Counted from the stretch's first letter, positions 42,510-50,817 are shown. The stretch: DNA of 61,000 bases from Actinomycetota bacterium (GCA_012729575.1 JAAYCW010000009.1:1-61000); one strand, 5' to 3'. Program-made: numbers and translations. The notes: a model not told the origin generated them from the letters alone.

Positions 42510-42866
42510 ATGTCCAAGAAAGAGACCCGCAGGGCCGCTCGACAGGCCTTTCCCCAGGCCAAGAATCCCCCGTCGACCAGGTCCCGTTACGATACTCGGG
42601 CGACGCGCCCCCGCAACAGCAAGAGCCGCACGTCGACCGCTCGGACTCTGAAGCCGCCATCTGTCAAGAAGGCGGCCATCCAGGGGGTCATTGTCGCGGT
42701 GCTGTACTTCGTGTTCATCCAATGGATATGGACCAGCGGGGCAACCACCGGCGCCAACGCGTTGATCGCTGCTCTGGCCTTTGTTCTATTCACGGGAGTG
42801 GCTTACTGGGTGGACAAGTTCAAGTATCAACGGAACCTGCGGAAGTCGCAGAACTCGTCCAAGTAA
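42510..42866 (+). CDS. small membrane protein, unknown function
   Basis: 118 aa. Highly basic, disordered N-terminal ~55 aa followed by two predicted TM helices (AAIQGVIVAVLYFVFIQWIW; ALIAALAFVLFTGVAYWV). I recognise no family. Confidence 0.6.
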   Translation: MSKKETRRAARQAFPQAKNPPSTRSRYDTRATRPRNSKSRTSTARTLKPPSVKKAAIQGVIVAVLYFVFIQWIWTSGATTGANALIAALAFVLFTGVAYWVDKFKYQRNLRKSQNSSK

Positions 42867-42915
42867 CGGGGACGAGGCCGGCCGTCGTTGGCGGACCGGC
42901 TGTCAGGGGCGCATC

Positions 42916-44283
42916 ATGACGCTGGAGGTCGTGTCGGAAGTCCTGAAGAGCCGCCGAATCAAAGGCTGGCTTGTGGGCGGCAGCGTGCGTGATCGTGAAC
43001 TGGGACGATACTCACCCGATCTGGACCTGGTGGTGGCTGCTGACGCCGCCACGGCCGCCCGGGAGATCGCACGTGTCCTCGACGCCCCTTGGTTCGCCCT
43101 CTCCGAACGGCATGGGGCGTGTCGAGTGATGGCACGGACCGGCCATGTGGATGTGGCTGCGCTCCGGGGCGACGGTATCGCCGACGATCTTGCCCAGCGT
43201 GATTTCACTGTGAACGCCATGGCCGTCCCCTTTGAGGGGGGAGCGATCGTGGACCCCTTCCGTGGTCTGGCCCATCTCCGACAGTCTCGGTTGGTAGCCG
43301 TCTCTCAGAGCATCTTCAGGGACGATCCGCTGCGGTTGATGCGGGCTCCCCGATTCGCTCACAATCTGGGTTTGGAGCCGGATGCTGCTCTGGTTCGGGC
43401 GGTCCAGTCAGAGGCGTCGCTGATCGTCTGTGCCGCGGGGGAGCGGGTGACCACTGAGATGGCTCTGACCCTGTCAGCGGGGCGGTCGGCGGAGGCCGTG
43501 CGCCGGTGGCGTGATCTTGGGTTGTTGGAGGTGGTGCTGCCGGAGGTCGCGGCCGATGAGAAGCTTGCGCCCGCACTCGCTCTACTGGAGCGCTTGGATG
43601 AACTCCTGTCATCTCCGACTGAGTGGTTCTTGACTTCCCGGCGTTCGTTGACGGAGCGCCTCGCCACCCCGGTCGATGGCGTGATGAGCCGGCCTGTGGC
43701 GTTGCGGATGGCCGGACTGCTACATCGGTCCACGGTGAGCGAGAACCTCGGCATCGCCCGTAGGTTGAAGCTATCGAGGCCGATGCATGGGCTCCTTCAA
43801 ACGGTAACAGGCTATTTCGGTGGCGGGCCCGGGCGAGGGCTGTCGGTTTCGCCCTCGGGACGGCCGGGAGTGTTGTTCTTGTGGGAAGTCGCTCCTTGGG
43901 AACCGGAGGTGATCATGCTTGCGGCTGCAGGTCCGGCCGCACCTGCAAGGGAGAACGGCTCCGCAGCGCTTGGGAGTAGCTTAGAATGCGCCCGAAGTCT
44001 TATGGGGCTGTGGAGCGAACGAGCGGCGGGCCGTGTCTCTTCGCCTCCACTGGACGGTACCGTGCTCATGGAGGAACTCGGGTTGGCTCCTGGCCCATTA
44101 CTGGGCCGGTTGGTGCGCGAGGTCCGGCTTGCCTGGGAGGCCGGTGAGGTCAGGAGCCGGGACGGACTTCTGGCCGTTGCTCGGGGTGCCCTCGAGGCGG
44201 ATCGGGAGGAAGCGGGTCAAGAAAAAGGGGAGGAGTCTCCGGACATGTCCGGAGACTCCTCCGGCACTCGTTCGGCCGGCTGA
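42916..44283 (+). CDS. cca: CCA-adding enzyme / poly(A) polymerase-family tRNA nucleotidyltransferase
   Basis: ATG at 42916 gives MTLEVVSEVLKSRRIKGWLVGGSVRDRELGR..DLDLVV, then RDFTVNAMA and DDPLRLMRAPRF. The ORF-track start at 42781 overlaps the previous gene. Confidence 0.85.
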   Translation: MTLEVVSEVLKSRRIKGWLVGGSVRDRELGRYSPDLDLVVAADAATAAREIARVLDAPWFALSERHGACRVMARTGHVDVAALRGDGIADDLAQRDFTVNAMAVPFEGGAIVDPFRGLAHLRQSRLVAVSQSIFRDDPLRLMRAPRFAHNLGLEPDAALVRAVQSEASLIVCAAGERVTTEMALTLSAGRSAEAVRRWRDLGLLEVVLPEVAADEKLAPALALLERLDELLSSPTEWFLTSRRSLTERLATPVDGVMSRPVALRMAGLLHRSTVSENLGIARRLKLSRPMHGLLQTVTGYFGGGPGRGLSVSPSGRPGVLFLWEVAPWEPEVIMLAAAGPAAPARENGSAALGSSLECARSLMGLWSERAAGRVSSPPLDGTVLMEELGLAPGPLLGRLVREVRLAWEAGEVRSRDGLLAVARGALEADREEAGQEKGEESPDMSGDSSGTRSAG

Positions 44284-44302
44284 CCGAACGAGTTGAGTGG
44301 CA

Positions 44303-45394
44303 CTACTCGATCACTAGCCCCATTATCTGGCCGGCCCACTTCTTGCTGTCGCTGACCTGATCGGGTTCCTCGCTCACGAAAGCGACACGCAGGGCTCCCT
44401 CATCGGAGTAGAGGGGCAGGCCATTGCGGGAATACGTCAAGATCATCGTAACGCTTCCGGCGTAGTCTGCGATCTCCTCTCCACTCTCCGGATCGTACAC
44501 GGGAACCTTTCCGTTCACGTCATCAGCCGAGAACTTCGACTCATAACCATCGGCTGCGATGGCCTGAACGGCAGCCCCCTCTCCCACGAGCGCCATCAGA
44601 TCCTGGATGGCGACACCTTGGTAGAGATCCGGCCCTGAGATGTTGCCGAGCTTGTTTTTGTAGCCCCCATACCCCTCGGTGGCTTCCATGGCCTTGAGTT
44701 CGGCCATGGAGAGCTCCATGAGAGTGCCGTCCGCCGCTGTACCCAGCTTAAGGATCTTACCCACTCGGTAGTAGAGCTGGCAGAGTATCTCGGCTGCCTC
44801 GCCCCGCGTCGCGGGAGCGGTGACATCCCAGTCGGCCAGGTCGGGAATGCCCGCCAGCAGACCGTTGAACTCGGCTGTCTTGATATTGAGGCCGTGGTAC
44901 TGGTTGGAGTAGTCGAGTTCGCCCTGGTAATCGTCCGTTGCCGCCGCAAGTGCTTCGCCTCCGGCCCGCACCGCGATGCTGATCGCCTGTTGCCGGGTCA
45001 CGTTGTCATAGAAGCCGAAGAGACCGTTGGTGTAGCCCTGGATGATGCCCTCTGCGGTGGCAACAGCTACGTAACTGCCCGGATAGAGTGGGTTGTTCAC
45101 CGGATCGTAGGGAGCCGGCGTGTCCGGGAACTGTGATTGGTCTTCGGCCGTCACCTCGTAGTCCAGAGCAAGCACCGCCATCTTGGCGAATTGCTGACGC
45201 TGGAGGGGATTGTCAGGTCTGAACGTGTTGTCGTTGTACCCACCGACGATCGACCGAGCTGAGAGATGCACGATGCTCGCTTCGAAGTCGGTATCTTCGA
45301 TATCGGTGAACTCCACTGCGGATGCGGGTACCGCCACCGCGAGCACCAGGACTACCGCCAGCAGCAGCCCCATGGTCAATCGGACCTTCTTCAT
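44303..45394 (-). CDS. secreted SLH-domain cell-wall protein with a C-terminal SUOX-fold (molybdopterin-binding-like) domain
   Basis: Sec signal MKKVRLTMGLLLAVVLVLAVAVPASA. Three SLH-like repeats (FTDIEDTDFEASIVHLSARSIVGGYNDNTFRPDNPLQRQQFAKM; ...GIIQGYTNGLFGFYDNVTRQQAISI; ...TAPATRGEAAEILCQLY). The C-terminal ~140 aa are paralogous to 45452-46324 and 46423-47445. Confidence 0.8.
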   Translation of the reverse strand: MKKVRLTMGLLLAVVLVLAVAVPASAVEFTDIEDTDFEASIVHLSARSIVGGYNDNTFRPDNPLQRQQFAKMAVLALDYEVTAEDQSQFPDTPAPYDPVNNPLYPGSYVAVATAEGIIQGYTNGLFGFYDNVTRQQAISIAVRAGGEALAAATDDYQGELDYSNQYHGLNIKTAEFNGLLAGIPDLADWDVTAPATRGEAAEILCQLYYRVGKILKLGTAADGTLMELSMAELKAMEATEGYGGYKNKLGNISGPDLYQGVAIQDLMALVGEGAAVQAIAADGYESKFSADDVNGKVPVYDPESGEEIADYAGSVTMILTYSRNGLPLYSDEGALRVAFVSEEPDQVSDSKKWAGQIMGLVIE

Positions 45395-45451
45395 CCAGAC
45401 TCCTTCCTCACGCGTTTGTACATCCTTCTCTCCTAATGCACGTTTGGAGCA

Positions 45452-46324
45452 CTAGTTGACCCGTAGTTCGACCACCTTCTTGACCCACATGTCGCTGTCG
45501 GTGACCTGGTTGTTCTCAGAGGTGACGAAGGCAAGCCGGAGAGGTCCCTCGCCGGAACTCAGGGCGGCCCCTCCTTTCGCATACGCGATGATCACTTTAA
45601 CGGCCACTCCGCTCGTTGCCTGTCCGGTGGCCGCGTCGTAGGTGTTGACCGAACCACCGGCCTGGTCTGCCGACAACGTGGCACCGTAGCCGTCGGAGGC
45701 GACGACCGTGACTGAGCCGCTCCCGCCCACCAAATCCATCAGCGCACGCAGCGACACTCCCTTCCAAGGGGTGGGAGCAGTGATGTTCTCCAATTGGTTC
45801 TTCCATCCCCCATACCCCTCGGTGGCCGGCATGGCCTTGAGTTCGGCCATGGACAGCTCCCTGATCCCCGATGGACCCTGGATGATGAGTGCGGTCGGTC
45901 CCTTGGCCGTGGTCGTGGTTGGTGCCGCGGTGGTCGTCGGTCGTGCCGTGGTCGTTGGTGCCGCGGTGGTCGTCGGTCGTGCCGTGGTCGAGGTCGGGCC
46001 ACCCGTCGTGGTAATCGGTGGGACGGTGGTCGTCGCCTGAGGGGCATCGGTGATTACGGTGGTTGTCGAGGCTGGGCCCGGTGCCGCGGTGGTCGTCCTC
46101 ATGTTGGAGTCGCCGGTCTTGGTGGAGCGGGTGACAGACGGCAGGTCCGACGGGGCAGTTGAGAACTTGGGAGCGGTTGTCGTCGTGAGCATGATTCCGG
46201 TGGAATCGGTGCTGTCAGCCGTGGTCACACCATCGCCGCAGCCTCCTGTAGCGAGTGCGATCAGGAGAGCGAACGCGCTGCTCAGTCTGACCAACCGCGA
46301 GAATCCCTTTGCTCTGTCTTGCAT
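45452..46324 (-). CDS. probable lipoprotein: Thr/Pro-rich linker + SUOX-fold (molybdopterin-binding-like) domain
   Basis: ATG at 46324 preceded by AGGGGTGG. Signal MQDRAKGFSRLVRLSSAFALLIALATGGC. Linker TTTAPK...TTARPTTTAAPTTTARPTTTAAPTTTT. C-terminal domain ELSMAELKAMPATEGYGGWKN...GPLRLAF. Confidence 0.8.
   Translation of the reverse strand: MQDRAKGFSRLVRLSSAFALLIALATGGCGDGVTTADSTDSTGIMLTTTTAPKFSTAPSDLPSVTRSTKTGDSNMRTTTAAPGPASTTTVITDAPQATTTVPPITTTGGPTSTTARPTTTAAPTTTARPTTTAAPTTTTAKGPTALIIQGPSGIRELSMAELKAMPATEGYGGWKNQLENITAPTPWKGVSLRALMDLVGGSGSVTVVASDGYGATLSADQAGGSVNTYDAATGQATSGVAVKVIIAYAKGGAALSSGEGPLRLAFVTSENNQVTDSDMWVKKVVELRVN
45909..45990. repeat. tandem ~36-nt coding repeat (Thr/Pro/Ala linker)
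   Basis: GTGGTCGT(TG)GGTGCCGCGGTGGTCGTCGGTCGTGCC occurs twice in tandem, followed by a partial third copy. On the minus strand it encodes PTTTARPTTTAA units. Confidence 0.85.
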
Positions 46325-46422
46325 GCCACCCCTAGCGAGTAATGTGCCATGTGTGAATTGTTCCACTACATATGATATAAGAAACGGTCTCATAGGGTTA
46401 CAGATGCGTCAAGGAGCTTGGA

Positions 46423-47445
46423 ATGTTCATGAGCGTTAGGCGTCTACTCTCCCCGATTCTGTGCTTGTCGGCGGGGGTACTGTTGTTGGGAGGGCTCGGT
46501 CTTGCGACAGGTTGCAGCTCCGATGAAGGAGCGACCGGCGAGGGCGAGGGCGTGATCGAAGTGGTCGGTTCTGAGGGCTCGAAGACCTACACTCTGGATG
46601 AGATCAGGGACATGCCCGCCACCGAGGGCTACTGGGGCATGAAGAGCTCCACGGGGCGTATCACCCCGCCGGTGAAGACCAAGGGCGTCAATCTGGACGA
46701 TCTGTTTGAGGAAGTAGGCGGCCTCCCGGATGACCAGGCGGTGGGCATCGTTGCTAAAGACGGATATGAGATGACCGTCTCAGTGGCTCAGCTCAGAGAA
46801 GGCAAGTTCATCACTTACGACATGGTGACGGGTGACGAGAACGACGTCGACGGCCCCCTCACCGCCATAGTCGCTTACGAATGGGATGGGCAGCCTTTCG
46901 ATCCTCAGACCGATGGGCCTCTGCGCATGGCCATAGTCAGCCCCGCCCAGAACCAGGTGACTGATGGTCATTGGTCGGTCAAATGGGTGAGCAGAGTGCT
47001 GGTGAAAGCCATAGAGCAGGACTGGGTCCTCACGCTCACGGGCAAACTGACGGAAGAGATGGACCGGCCTACGTTCGAGACCGGAGCTGCTGAAGGGTGC
47101 CATGGCACCGATTGGACTGACGGTGAGGGCAACGTCTGGACAGGTATCCCTCTGTATCTGTTGGTTGGACGAGTGGATGACGACAACGTGCACGAGGGGC
47201 CGGCCTACAACCGGGATCTGGCCGAGGCAGGCTATCAGGTGCGGATCGCAGCCGCCGACGGGCAGAGCGCCGAGATCGCCAGTGACGCCATGTACTACAA
47301 CAAGGAGCTCATCGTGGCCTACAAGCTGAACGGCGAGGCCCTACCTGATGATTACTGGCCGCTGCGACTCGTGGGCAAGGACATGCAAGAGTCCGACATG
47401 CTCGGACAGATAACCCAGATCGAGGCCCTGGTGCCGGCGGAGTAG
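46423..47445 (+). CDS. probable lipoprotein with two tandem SUOX-fold (molybdopterin-binding-like) domains
   Basis: SD AAGGAG 6 nt upstream. Signal MFMSVRRLLSPILCLSAGVLLLGGLGLATGC. Domain 1 (TLDEIRDMPATEGYWGMKS...GPLRMAIV) is paralogous to the two minus-strand genes. Domain 2 (WVLTLTGKL...EGCHGTDW...WTGIPLYLLV...LIVAYKLNGEALPDDYWPLRLV) follows the classical YedY/sulfite-oxidase Moco-domain pattern. Confidence 0.8.
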   Translation: MFMSVRRLLSPILCLSAGVLLLGGLGLATGCSSDEGATGEGEGVIEVVGSEGSKTYTLDEIRDMPATEGYWGMKSSTGRITPPVKTKGVNLDDLFEEVGGLPDDQAVGIVAKDGYEMTVSVAQLREGKFITYDMVTGDENDVDGPLTAIVAYEWDGQPFDPQTDGPLRMAIVSPAQNQVTDGHWSVKWVSRVLVKAIEQDWVLTLTGKLTEEMDRPTFETGAAEGCHGTDWTDGEGNVWTGIPLYLLVGRVDDDNVHEGPAYNRDLAEAGYQVRIAAADGQSAEIASDAMYYNKELIVAYKLNGEALPDDYWPLRLVGKDMQESDMLGQITQIEALVPAE

Positions 47446-47449
47446 GTCG

Positions 47450-48553
47450 GTGATGCGGCGCCTCAACTGGATCTGTGCGCTCTTCTGGATCGTCATCCTG
47501 TTGTGCGCCGGTTGTTCTGACGGAGCGGACGGCGGGGCATCCGGCGGGAGCGCGGGAGACGAGGGGAGTCTCCGCGTGCTTTTCGCGGGCAGCCTGATCA
47601 TCCCCTTCGCGCAGCTGGAGGAGGAGTTCGAGGCGGTCCATCCCGACGTGGAGGTGAACATGGAGGGTCATGGTAGCATCCAGGCCATCCGCATCGTGGG
47701 CGATCTTCACGAGGAGGCGGACCTGGTGATCACCGCCGACCATCAGTTGATTCCGATGCTGCTCTACGGGACGAAAGACCCCGATTCCGGGCTGCCCTAC
47801 GCCGAGTGGAACGTCATCTTCGCCACCAATAGGATGGCTCTCGCATACTCTCCGGAGAGTGCCTACGCCGACGAGGTGAACGCTGATAACTGGATCGAGG
47901 TCATCAACCGCGAAGGGGTCAGGTTGGGTTGCTCCGATCCCCGGATCGACGCCAACGGATACCGCGTCCTGATGACCGTCAAGTTGGCCGAGTATTACTA
48001 CGACCGCCCCGGCCTGTTCTCAGAGATTTTCGGCGGGGTATTCAGGGTGCCTGTCAGGAGCGCGGAGACAGATACAGGCGCACTGATCACGGTGCCCGAG
48101 ATCCTTGAAACCAAGAGTGGTTCACATATCGTACTGCGCCCCTACAGCGTGAGTCTGCTCCCCCTGCTGAAATCGGGCGAAATAGACTATGCTTTCGAGT
48201 ATGAGAGCGTAGCCAAGCAGCACGGCCTCGAGTACATATCGCTGCCGCCGGAGATCGATCTCAGCGATCAAGCTTATGCCGACACATATGCTGCCGTCAC
48301 CGTCAAGCTCGACTTTCAACGCTACGCCAGCGTGAAGCCTGAGTTCAGGGGAGACCCGATCCGCTACGGCGCGACCATACCGAGCAACGCTCGGGACCCG
48401 GAAGCCTCTGAGCTGCTCCTAGCCTTCCTTCTGGGGCCGGAGGGGCAGCGAATCATGGCCGACAACTACCAGCCGATGATCATGCCGGCCCCCGCCGACA
48501 ACTTCAACGATCTGCCGGAATCGATCAAAGCCTTCTGCACCCCGGCCGACTGA
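47450..48553 (+). CDS. wtpA: tungstate/molybdate ABC transporter substrate-binding lipoprotein, WtpA-type
   Basis: Signal MMRRLNWICALFWIVILLCAGC. LRVLFAGSLIIPFAQLEEEFEAVHPDVEV, DPRIDANGYR and EIDYAFEYESVAKQHGLEYISLPPEIDL match my recollection of archaeal WtpA. Confidence 0.8.
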   Translation: MMRRLNWICALFWIVILLCAGCSDGADGGASGGSAGDEGSLRVLFAGSLIIPFAQLEEEFEAVHPDVEVNMEGHGSIQAIRIVGDLHEEADLVITADHQLIPMLLYGTKDPDSGLPYAEWNVIFATNRMALAYSPESAYADEVNADNWIEVINREGVRLGCSDPRIDANGYRVLMTVKLAEYYYDRPGLFSEIFGGVFRVPVRSAETDTGALITVPEILETKSGSHIVLRPYSVSLLPLLKSGEIDYAFEYESVAKQHGLEYISLPPEIDLSDQAYADTYAAVTVKLDFQRYASVKPEFRGDPIRYGATIPSNARDPEASELLLAFLLGPEGQRIMADNYQPMIMPAPADNFNDLPESIKAFCTPAD

Positions 48554-48560
48554 CGGGGGT

Positions 48561-49385
48561 ATGCCGATGAACCGTGGTCGCGTGCTCAGCCGGATGGACT
48601 GGGTCTTCTCGTTCGTGGGCCTGCTGCTGTTGCTCTTCATCCTCGTCCCTTTGGTGGCCACCCTGTTTGCGTCAAGCCCGGGGGAGTTCATCGAGGGGGT
48701 GGCCGACAAAGGGGTGCTTCAGTCCTTGTGGTTGACTTTTGCCGCAGCTTCTGTCGCCACATTGATCGCGCTGGTTCTTGGGATCCCTCTCGCCTACCTT
48801 CTGGCGCGAAGGGAGTTCTGGGGGAAGAGCCTCGTCCAGGGGATCATCGATCTGCCCATCATCATACCGCACACCGCTGCGGGAGTGGCGCTTCTGATGG
48901 TCTTCGGCCGGCGCGGGCTCTTGGGAGAGCCGCTTGCCTCGGTCGGTATGTACTTCACTGAGAACTTCGCGGGTATCGTGGTGGCCATGCTGTTCGTCAG
49001 CCTGCCGCTTCTGGTGGATACGGCCCGCGAGTCCTTCGCGGCGGTAGACCAGCGGCTGGAGGGTGTCGCCCGGACCCTGGGGGCGAGCCCTTGGTCGGCT
49101 TTCAGGCGGGTCACGCTCCCGTTGGCCTGGAGGGGGATAACCGCGGGCTCGGTGCTGATGTGGGCGAGGGGCATAAGTGAATTCGGCGCTGTGGTGATCT
49201 TGGCCTACAACCCCAAGACCATCTCGGTGCTGGTATACGAGAGGTTTGCTGGGTTCGGCCTGTCGTCGGCACTGCCGGTCACGGCTCTGCTGCTGATCTT
49301 GGCTTTGCTGATACTGGTGGTGGTACGAGCGGTGCTCATGCCCCGCCGGCGCAAGGAACGCCCCGGCCGCGGAGGAATGCGGTGA
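48561..49385 (+). CDS. wtpB: ABC transporter permease (WtpB/ModB-like)
   Basis: 274 aa, about 6 TM segments. EAA-loop region VARTLGASPWSAFRRVTLPLAWRG. Confidence 0.85.
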   Translation: MPMNRGRVLSRMDWVFSFVGLLLLLFILVPLVATLFASSPGEFIEGVADKGVLQSLWLTFAAASVATLIALVLGIPLAYLLARREFWGKSLVQGIIDLPIIIPHTAAGVALLMVFGRRGLLGEPLASVGMYFTENFAGIVVAMLFVSLPLLVDTARESFAAVDQRLEGVARTLGASPWSAFRRVTLPLAWRGITAGSVLMWARGISEFGAVVILAYNPKTISVLVYERFAGFGLSSALPVTALLLILALLILVVVRAVLMPRRRKERPGRGGMR

Positions 49386-50617
49386 TCCGACTGGAGGGCT
49401 TTCGGGTGCGCGCTGGCGATTTCTTGCTCAGCATAGATGAGTTATCCATCGAGCGTGGCGAGTACCTCGTGGTCTTAGGTCCTACAGGGTCAGGCAAGAC
49501 GGTCTTACTGGAGACGGTCGCGGGTCTGAGACGGCCTCACAGTGGGAGGATCTGGTTCGGAGAGAGGGATGTCTGGGGTGAGCCGCCCGAGAGGCGGAAA
49601 GTCGGGTTGGTGTATCAGGACTATGCACTCTTCCCACATCTGACGGTAGCGCAGAACATCGCCTTCGGTCTGCGAGCTACCCGGAGGTCTGAACGGGGGC
49701 GGGCCGGACCCGGAGTAAGCGGCAGCGGACTCAGAACAGGCGGCATCGGATCCGACGACTCGGAGGACGGCCCCGTTCGCCGGCTGGCCGGGCTGCTCGG
49801 CATAGACGGTTTGCTCCGCAGATACCCGGAGGGGCTTTCCGGAGGCGAGCGCCAGCGGGTCGCGCTCGCCCGCGCTCTAGCTATCGAGCCGGAGGTGCTG
49901 CTGCTGGACGAGCCGTTGTCGGCCTTGGACGGTCCGACCCGGGCTGAGCTGCAGGGTGAGCTGAAACGTGTGCAGCGCGGGCTGGGGGCCACCGTTTTAC
50001 ACGTGACTCACGATTTGGACGAAGCCCTACTTCTGGGTGACAGACTGGCGGTACTTGCAGGCGGTACGCTGCGCCAGGTGGGAGCGCCGCAGCATGTGAC
50101 CAGTCATCCCGTGGACACAGAGGTGGCCCGGCTGGCCGGGCTCACCAATGTGTTTCCCGCATCGGAGGTTGAGAGCGAATCCACCGGCGCGGGAGCACAG
50201 GGGACGCGTGTCGTCTTGGAGAGCGGACACGTGATTTTCGCCGAGGCGGCTGCGACGGCTCCTGCCCGCATTGGTCTCTCGGCTGTGATCCGAGCTGAAG
50301 AGATTGAGATTCGGCAGATATCGCCGGCCGGGGAAAGAGCAAGCCTCGGTAGTCACGGTAGGGATGATGCAGAGGAGCCGGCCGAGCGCGCCAACGTGTT
50401 TGAAGGTATCATCGGAGAAGTACGGCTCCAGAGTGTTCATGCTTCCATCCAGGTGGAGATACCACCGGTCCAGGCCGGGAGGGCTGCATGGCAGGTGACG
50501 GTCCACGTTCTCCGCTCTCAGGTGGACAGATTCGGCTTGCAGACGGGCCTGTCGGTGCATCTGCGGATCCCCGTTTCGGCGGTCCACATCTGCCTCGATC
50601 AGGGCCGTACGGTTTAG
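49382..50617 (+). CDS. wtpC: ABC transporter ATP-binding protein (WtpC/ModC-like) with a C-terminal regulatory-type domain
   Basis: Walker A GPTGSGKT, signature LSGGERQRVALARA, Walker B LLLDEPLSALD. A ~30-aa low-complexity insert (RSERGRAGPGVSGSGLRTGGIGSDDSEDG) precedes the signature. About 170 extra C-terminal residues. 4-nt overlap with wtpB. Confidence 0.85.
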   Translation: MIRLEGFRVRAGDFLLSIDELSIERGEYLVVLGPTGSGKTVLLETVAGLRRPHSGRIWFGERDVWGEPPERRKVGLVYQDYALFPHLTVAQNIAFGLRATRRSERGRAGPGVSGSGLRTGGIGSDDSEDGPVRRLAGLLGIDGLLRRYPEGLSGGERQRVALARALAIEPEVLLLDEPLSALDGPTRAELQGELKRVQRGLGATVLHVTHDLDEALLLGDRLAVLAGGTLRQVGAPQHVTSHPVDTEVARLAGLTNVFPASEVESESTGAGAQGTRVVLESGHVIFAEAAATAPARIGLSAVIRAEEIEIRQISPAGERASLGSHGRDDAEEPAERANVFEGIIGEVRLQSVHASIQVEIPPVQAGRAAWQVTVHVLRSQVDRFGLQTGLSVHLRIPVSAVHICLDQGRTV

Positions 50618-50665
50618 GCATGTGTAACCGCAGGTGTGACCGGTAAGGTATCAAGAGGTACTATC

Positions 50666-50697
50666 CTTTGGTACACGAGTGCTTTGGTACATGAGTG
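50666..50697. repeat. tandem 16-bp direct repeat (possible operator)
   Basis: CTTTGGTACACGAGTG (50666-50681) is followed immediately by CTTTGGTACATGAGTG (50682-50697), 15/16 identical. A third GGTAC sits at 50657-50661. Confidence 0.8.
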
Positions 50698-50817
50698 GAT
50701 GAGACGCGTGGATTCCGAAGCTTATGCGATCCGACATGCCTCCACGTAGCAGCCGGGGCCAAGCAGGGTCGCCTGCCACCGGCCACCGGTGTGCTCGTCG
50801 TCTAGAAAGGAGCGGAG

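Noticed and set aside
42781-42915. 45-codon N-terminal extension of the CCA-adding enzyme ORF
   Set aside because: It overlaps the 3' end of the preceding membrane-protein gene in another frame. The conserved nucleotidyltransferase N-terminus begins right after ATG 42916.
46352-46367. TGTGA-N6-CCACT, a CRP-like half-palindrome in the divergent control region
   Set aside because: The second half-site matches only 3 of 5 positions of TCACA, which is not enough to call a CRP/FNR-family site.
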